Source of the DNA: Parasteatoda tepidariorum
Lineage: Eukaryota
Length of the DNA: 54,628 nt
NCBI RefSeq assembly: GCF_043381705.1
Contig: NC_092214.1
Location: 2,558,259-2,612,886, forward strand
Direction: 5' to 3'
This document shows positions 50,101 to 54,628 of this stretch, piece by piece (within the stretch, counting starts at the first letter, position 1; each line of letters opens with the position of its first letter). A program made the position numbers and the translations under genes. The notes beneath the pieces are model-generated. The model worked only from the letters and a program-made list of their open reading frames with translations, did no database searches and was not told where the DNA came from.

Positions 50101-53100
50101 AACCAAATTCTCATATTTAAAACAAATTAAAATATGTTTTTTTTTTCAAAAAAAAAAATCATAATAATAAAGAATCGCTATAGTTAAGTTTATAACCAAA
50201 AATGAGCCTTTTAAAACAACAAATTTCAACTTCGTAGCTGTGCAATTTCATTTCTACTGCCAACAGAGCGAGCGCCGTGCATTGTTTTTTTGCAACAAGT
50301 TTAACAGTTTATAAATCTCGGACAAATTATAAATTCTTTTATATCATGTTAATCCTTATACAGTTTTCAACTAACAACTTCGTGATTTCAAGTCTCTTAG
50401 CCAAAACAGAGGTAGGTGGTAGAGGCTCTCATAACTTTTTTAATATAGGGAAAACTTTATTTCATAGCTGCAAACAATTTATCATGTTTTAAGCTCGAAG
50501 TTTAAATTCTGATTCGTTTTAAGCATAAATGTTTACTTTCATTTTGAGAGATATTTTTAGTTTTTCTATAATTATTACCGATAAAATCCATTTCTTATGA
50601 AATATTATTTTTTCTTTATTTAATTTAAATGTTTATGTTTTTTTTTTGGCATGTTTCATATTTTTAAGGATAGATATACCTAATAAATCGGATTTTAAAC
50701 TATGACTTTTTTTAAAAAATTCGATTTATCGGGAACCATTGCTGCCATGATAGGAAATCGCGTGGTAGGACTGAGGCTTTCATCATTGAAGACGTTCTTC
50801 CATTGCTTGTACCAAATACAAATCTACCAGAAAAGAGGCCCTTCGCTAAAATCACCGGAAGGTTTCTTTCCACCTAAGTGGCCAAAAAAGCTGAAGTATT
50901 TATTTTCAATACGCTTAACGCTTCACAATAGTGCGGAAAATAAGAAAATTATGTAAAAAGAAGAAAATTGATGTATAAAAAAATTAATATCATCCGGTTG
51001 TGTATCACATGTAAAATTTATAAAAACTGAAAAATGTGAAATTTTTTTTAAAATTTGTTTAAAAATGTACAATCGACATACTGTTGTTTCTTTTGCTTAT
51101 TGTATGATTTAAAAAAGCGAAATTAAATTTCATTATCAAGTCAATGCCTACTGATTTCACAATGCTCTTAAAAAACAAGAATTATATTAAGTTTCTCGCC
51201 TTTAACCGTCGTGGCTAACAAACCGCTATATTCCAAAACCACTTAAAATTGTGCAATCGATGTGCCATAGCTTCTTATGTTTATTTAAGGGTTTAAACAG
51301 TGAAATAAATAAAAATATTATTTTAAAGCGATACCAGTCATATGATATGTTGGAAAATTTCTTGCTTTATAACGTCGTAGCTTATCAGCTGCCACATCAA
51401 AGAAAAAGAGGGTTTTGAATATCCTACAACTGAAGCCTGACAGAATTTCTTTCACAACAAATTATGGAAACACTGTTAACAAGAGAAAATCAAATTCCCA
51501 ATTGAAACAAACGTGTCAATTTTTCGTTTTATTCAATTTGCGTTTTTAGTCACATTTTTAGAACTAATTAAGCAATTCAAAAGAAAAAAATTCACACACT
51601 TATAAAAGCCATTCACCCAAAGATAGTTTCATGCAAAAAATAAATTTTAATAATTATTTAATTTAATTGTGGATGAAAAAAATTTTGAATTATGAAGTGT
51701 AAATTTTTTTTATACCATATTAATCTACGCATTTTTCTATTGCAAAATCTAAAGTTTCAACAGTTTTCATTTGGTAGAAGTTGAGAAAAATTAAAATAAA
51801 TTATTTTTAAAAAAGTAATTTGGTGACAATGAAAAAATATTTAAATGAGACTTGCGTGCGCGTAGAGTAAAATTTCATTAATATTTTTTTCGCTAATAAC
51901 CAATTGCTAATCCTTTTTTTAAATTATAAAATACGATGTTTCTTTTTTAGTCTTCTGAAAATTTGTTCGTAATTTAATAAAGAGATTTGAATAAAACATT
52001 TTATTGAATAAGAACATTATATTAACGGATGTTGAATTCAATAACAGCCTGTTTCTGATAGAATGTGGTTATACGTCAGCTTTTTTTTATTTGTTTGTTC
52101 TTTCAATGATTAATACAATTTCAATAATATGCAAACGTATGCATAGATTTGGAATAATATGTTTATCAATTTCTCCAATATATATTTTATAATTATTAAT
52201 ACGAATACGTAGTCAAAATTTTTAAGCATCTTAAAATTTCTCAACATCTTATAAATCGACTTAATCTTAAAATAAATTTGTTAATTATCTATCTGCTCCT
52301 GTTTCGCAGAATTATTTTTCCAACTGTTTAATTAAATTTTAACCTTTCTCAAAATCTTCTTACCTCGTATATTATTTTTCCATTAATATACTAATAAACT
52401 GTTTTAGTACTTTAACTCAAGTTTTCCTTTAAAATAAAATTCCTTTTTGAATTATTGATAAGTTTTTATTGAAAGAAAACTTAGAATTATTGCCAGCTAG
52501 CTGAGAATTAAATCATGCTAAGAAGTTAAAAATACTCTGCTGATCGATGTTATTCGATGCAGAACAGCTGACTATTTACTAAGCATACTATTGTTTTCGA
52601 AAAATGAAGATAAATTATTGGTTGTCTTTTTTTATTGCTTCTTATTTATTTGAGTAATGAAAAGTAAATGCGTATGTGTGCACAGCAAAAAAATACAACA
52701 GTTTGCTTTGTTTTTTTAAATGAACAAAAAACTATGGACATGCAATTTTATTTTGACGTTCAAAGTTATTCTTGTCCGCTGACTTTAAGAAAGTTGCCCT
52801 TTTCTTTTAAAAAGTTGAAAATATTTGCTTAAACAGTTGTTAATATTATTTCTCAACTTCAGCACAATTCAAAAAAATGTTGCTATAACAGAAAAATGCT
52901 CGATATGCCGTGTTTTGTTAAACACCTACTAAAATAAAAAATTGTAAAAAGATTCCAAAACCGTGCTATTTTTAGAATCATCTCAAAAATTGTTCTTTTT
53001 CTAACATTAGAATTTTTTCTACTTTAATAACATATAATAATTTTAACACACGTTTTGAAGAAATCATGAATACAAATTTTGATCTAATATTTTGTAATGA

Positions 53101-53170
53101 GGAAGCAAGAATATTGACGAATCATTGATAATTGTTTCATTTTTTTTCGAAACAATCGGCCTTGCAACTA

Positions 53171-53942
53171 CAGTACACTCTCGATTATCCGTGCTCATTC
53201 CGGAGTCACACAGAAAATATAAAGAAACATTTTCAAGATTAAAAAAATTTGATTCATGAAGTTATAACACTACCAAATTTTTGGAAGCAATATTCGTTAT
53301 TGGATTGCAGTATATGGAATATCAGCAGCATGGTCAAAGGTAAAATCGTCTACGTTATCTATCACGATCTTTGAACACGTTCTCTATCACGAGAAAGATC
53401 ATACCGCTTGATGAACATTCCTCTTCAGATGTTCAAGAAAAATATGATAACATTATTCTCGAACAAGCAAAAAGAAATCTAAGGTTTCGAAATTCTTGAT
53501 GAAGAAAATTTAGAAGATAGGTTTCAAAGTGATGCATGTGAGCCTGGCTTCCAGTATTTGACTGACGAAGACATCGTTATGTTGTTAAATCAAATAGTGA
53601 TGATAGTAACTGATGCAAAAGATGTAGTAAATGAATGAAATACTATTTCTCATTCTGCTACTCTGTGGAAACTTTATTAGATTATATGGGAGGATTTGAT
53701 TACGGTGACACTACTGCGGTTCATAAAATATGTGTATCGATATGTGGCGAAGACGCATTACACATTTTTTAAAAAGGAAAATTCCTAGTTTGATGTTATG
53801 CATGCAAATGTCAGTAATTTTTATATTTTTTGTACTGATATTGAATTTTTCTTTAATAAAAGGAGTTTTCGGATTATCCGTGTTTTTCGATTGTCCGTGC
53901 GACCTGTCCCGGTGATTAACCCGGATAATCGGGAGTACACTG
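53171..53942. mobile_element. Non-autonomous TIR element (MITE) with TA target-site duplication and Tc1/pogo-like CAGT termini.
   Basis: The left terminus is TA|CAGTACACTCTCGATTATCCG (53169-53191). The right terminus is CGGATAATCGGGAGTACACTG|TA (53922-53944). The match is about 20/22 as an inverted repeat. Both ends carry subterminal repeats of GATTATCCGTG. The interior has only short ORF remnants (..EPGFQYLTDEDIVMLLNQ..). Confidence 0.55.
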
Positions 53943-54628
53943 TATTCTTTGAACTAGGGTTCATTTCATGCGTGTCATTCGACTTTAAAATTTCAAATAT
54001 AAAATGCAAAAGTTACAAGAATGCGTAAGCTGGCTTTAACTAATAATAACAAAGGAACAAAATCGTCGGCAAAAGAAGTTATCTCATGAGAAGAATGTCA
54101 GAGTTAAAAACTGTAACAATTGTCACTCTTGTTTAATTAGGGGTATTATAAACCTAAATTTTCCTTTCTCTTAAATTTTTCAATTATATTTTTTAATAAA
54201 CTAGCGAAATGAGTGTGTAAATAATATCCAATTTTTTTACTGCAAACCAAGAAAAATTAAATATTTTTAAAAAAATATGAAAAAGCCAGAAAATAAAATA
54301 ATGAAAATATATATTCTCTTCATCAACTTACACGATTATATCCGCAAAAAGGAGTGCTATCTAATATTGTATCTATGTATCCAAAGCAAAATATATCAAT
54401 ACAATAGTGTGAGAAGCACTCAAAATACACACCCATACATATATATATCTATCTGTGTCAAAAGTAAAGTCTAATTTTTAAATACACCATACCTGCCAAC
54501 CTTCACTCTTTCCGAGAATGGATTTTCAGAGTGGTTGTAAAACAATAAACGAAAAACAATCTGACTCAAAAAAATATTTATATTTTGATCCCGTTGAAAT
54601 TCGCTTGTGCAAGGATTATTATGCTTTC

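Noticed and set aside
50702-50956. 84-aa + strand ORF with a hydrophobic/basic composition.
   Set aside because: It is isolated, has no flanking splice signals or recognisable domain, and lies in low-complexity AT-rich surroundings. It is probably spurious.

Overview
This window is eukaryotic, not prokaryotic. It is about 70% AT, carries GT-AG introns and AATAAA signals, and is dense with transposon remnants, so it reads like an arthropod chromosome segment. I found no operons, CRISPR array or bacterial defence system, and I report that as a negative result. The supportable content is listed below.

- **TROVE-domain gene (+ strand).** Six coding exons are spread over more than 23 kb with very large introns. 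The encoded motifs are those of the Ro60/TEP1 vault-RNA/telomerase-associated family: VW...LPxMAxLRN, R.vPlqF...Y and GKtLiLcD. The exon order is clear from these motifs. The exon C/D junction relies on a weaker GTAAGG donor, or an exon may be missing there.
- **Chaoptin-like LRR gene (- strand).** It lies downstream of the last visible TROVE exon. Three phase-0 coding exons give about 1237 aa: a signal peptide, an LRR N-terminal cysteine motif, about 40 leucine-rich repeats, an LRR C-terminal cysteine motif and a hydrophobic GPI-like tail.
- **5S-rRNA-derived SINE-like element.** It sits about 440 bp upstream of the LRR gene ATG.
- **Transposon graveyard in the first large TROVE intron.** It holds a degenerate Ty3/gypsy pol, a copia gag fragment and a piggyBac transposase fragment.
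- **Other transposon remnants.** These are a Tc1/mariner transposase remnant, a Tc1 transposase C-terminal stub abutting a Tigger/pogo ORF, and two TA-flanked CAGT miniature elements (MITEs) with intact inverted termini.
- **Dispersed Tc1-like repeat family.** It has at least seven copies of roughly 300-480 bp and twice occurs as a head-to-head inverted pair.
- **Tandem arrays.** There are at least four, with unit lengths of about 125, 215, 145 and 200 bp.

All coordinates come from manual reading of the sequence, and splice junctions were checked for reading-frame continuity. No database searches were run.
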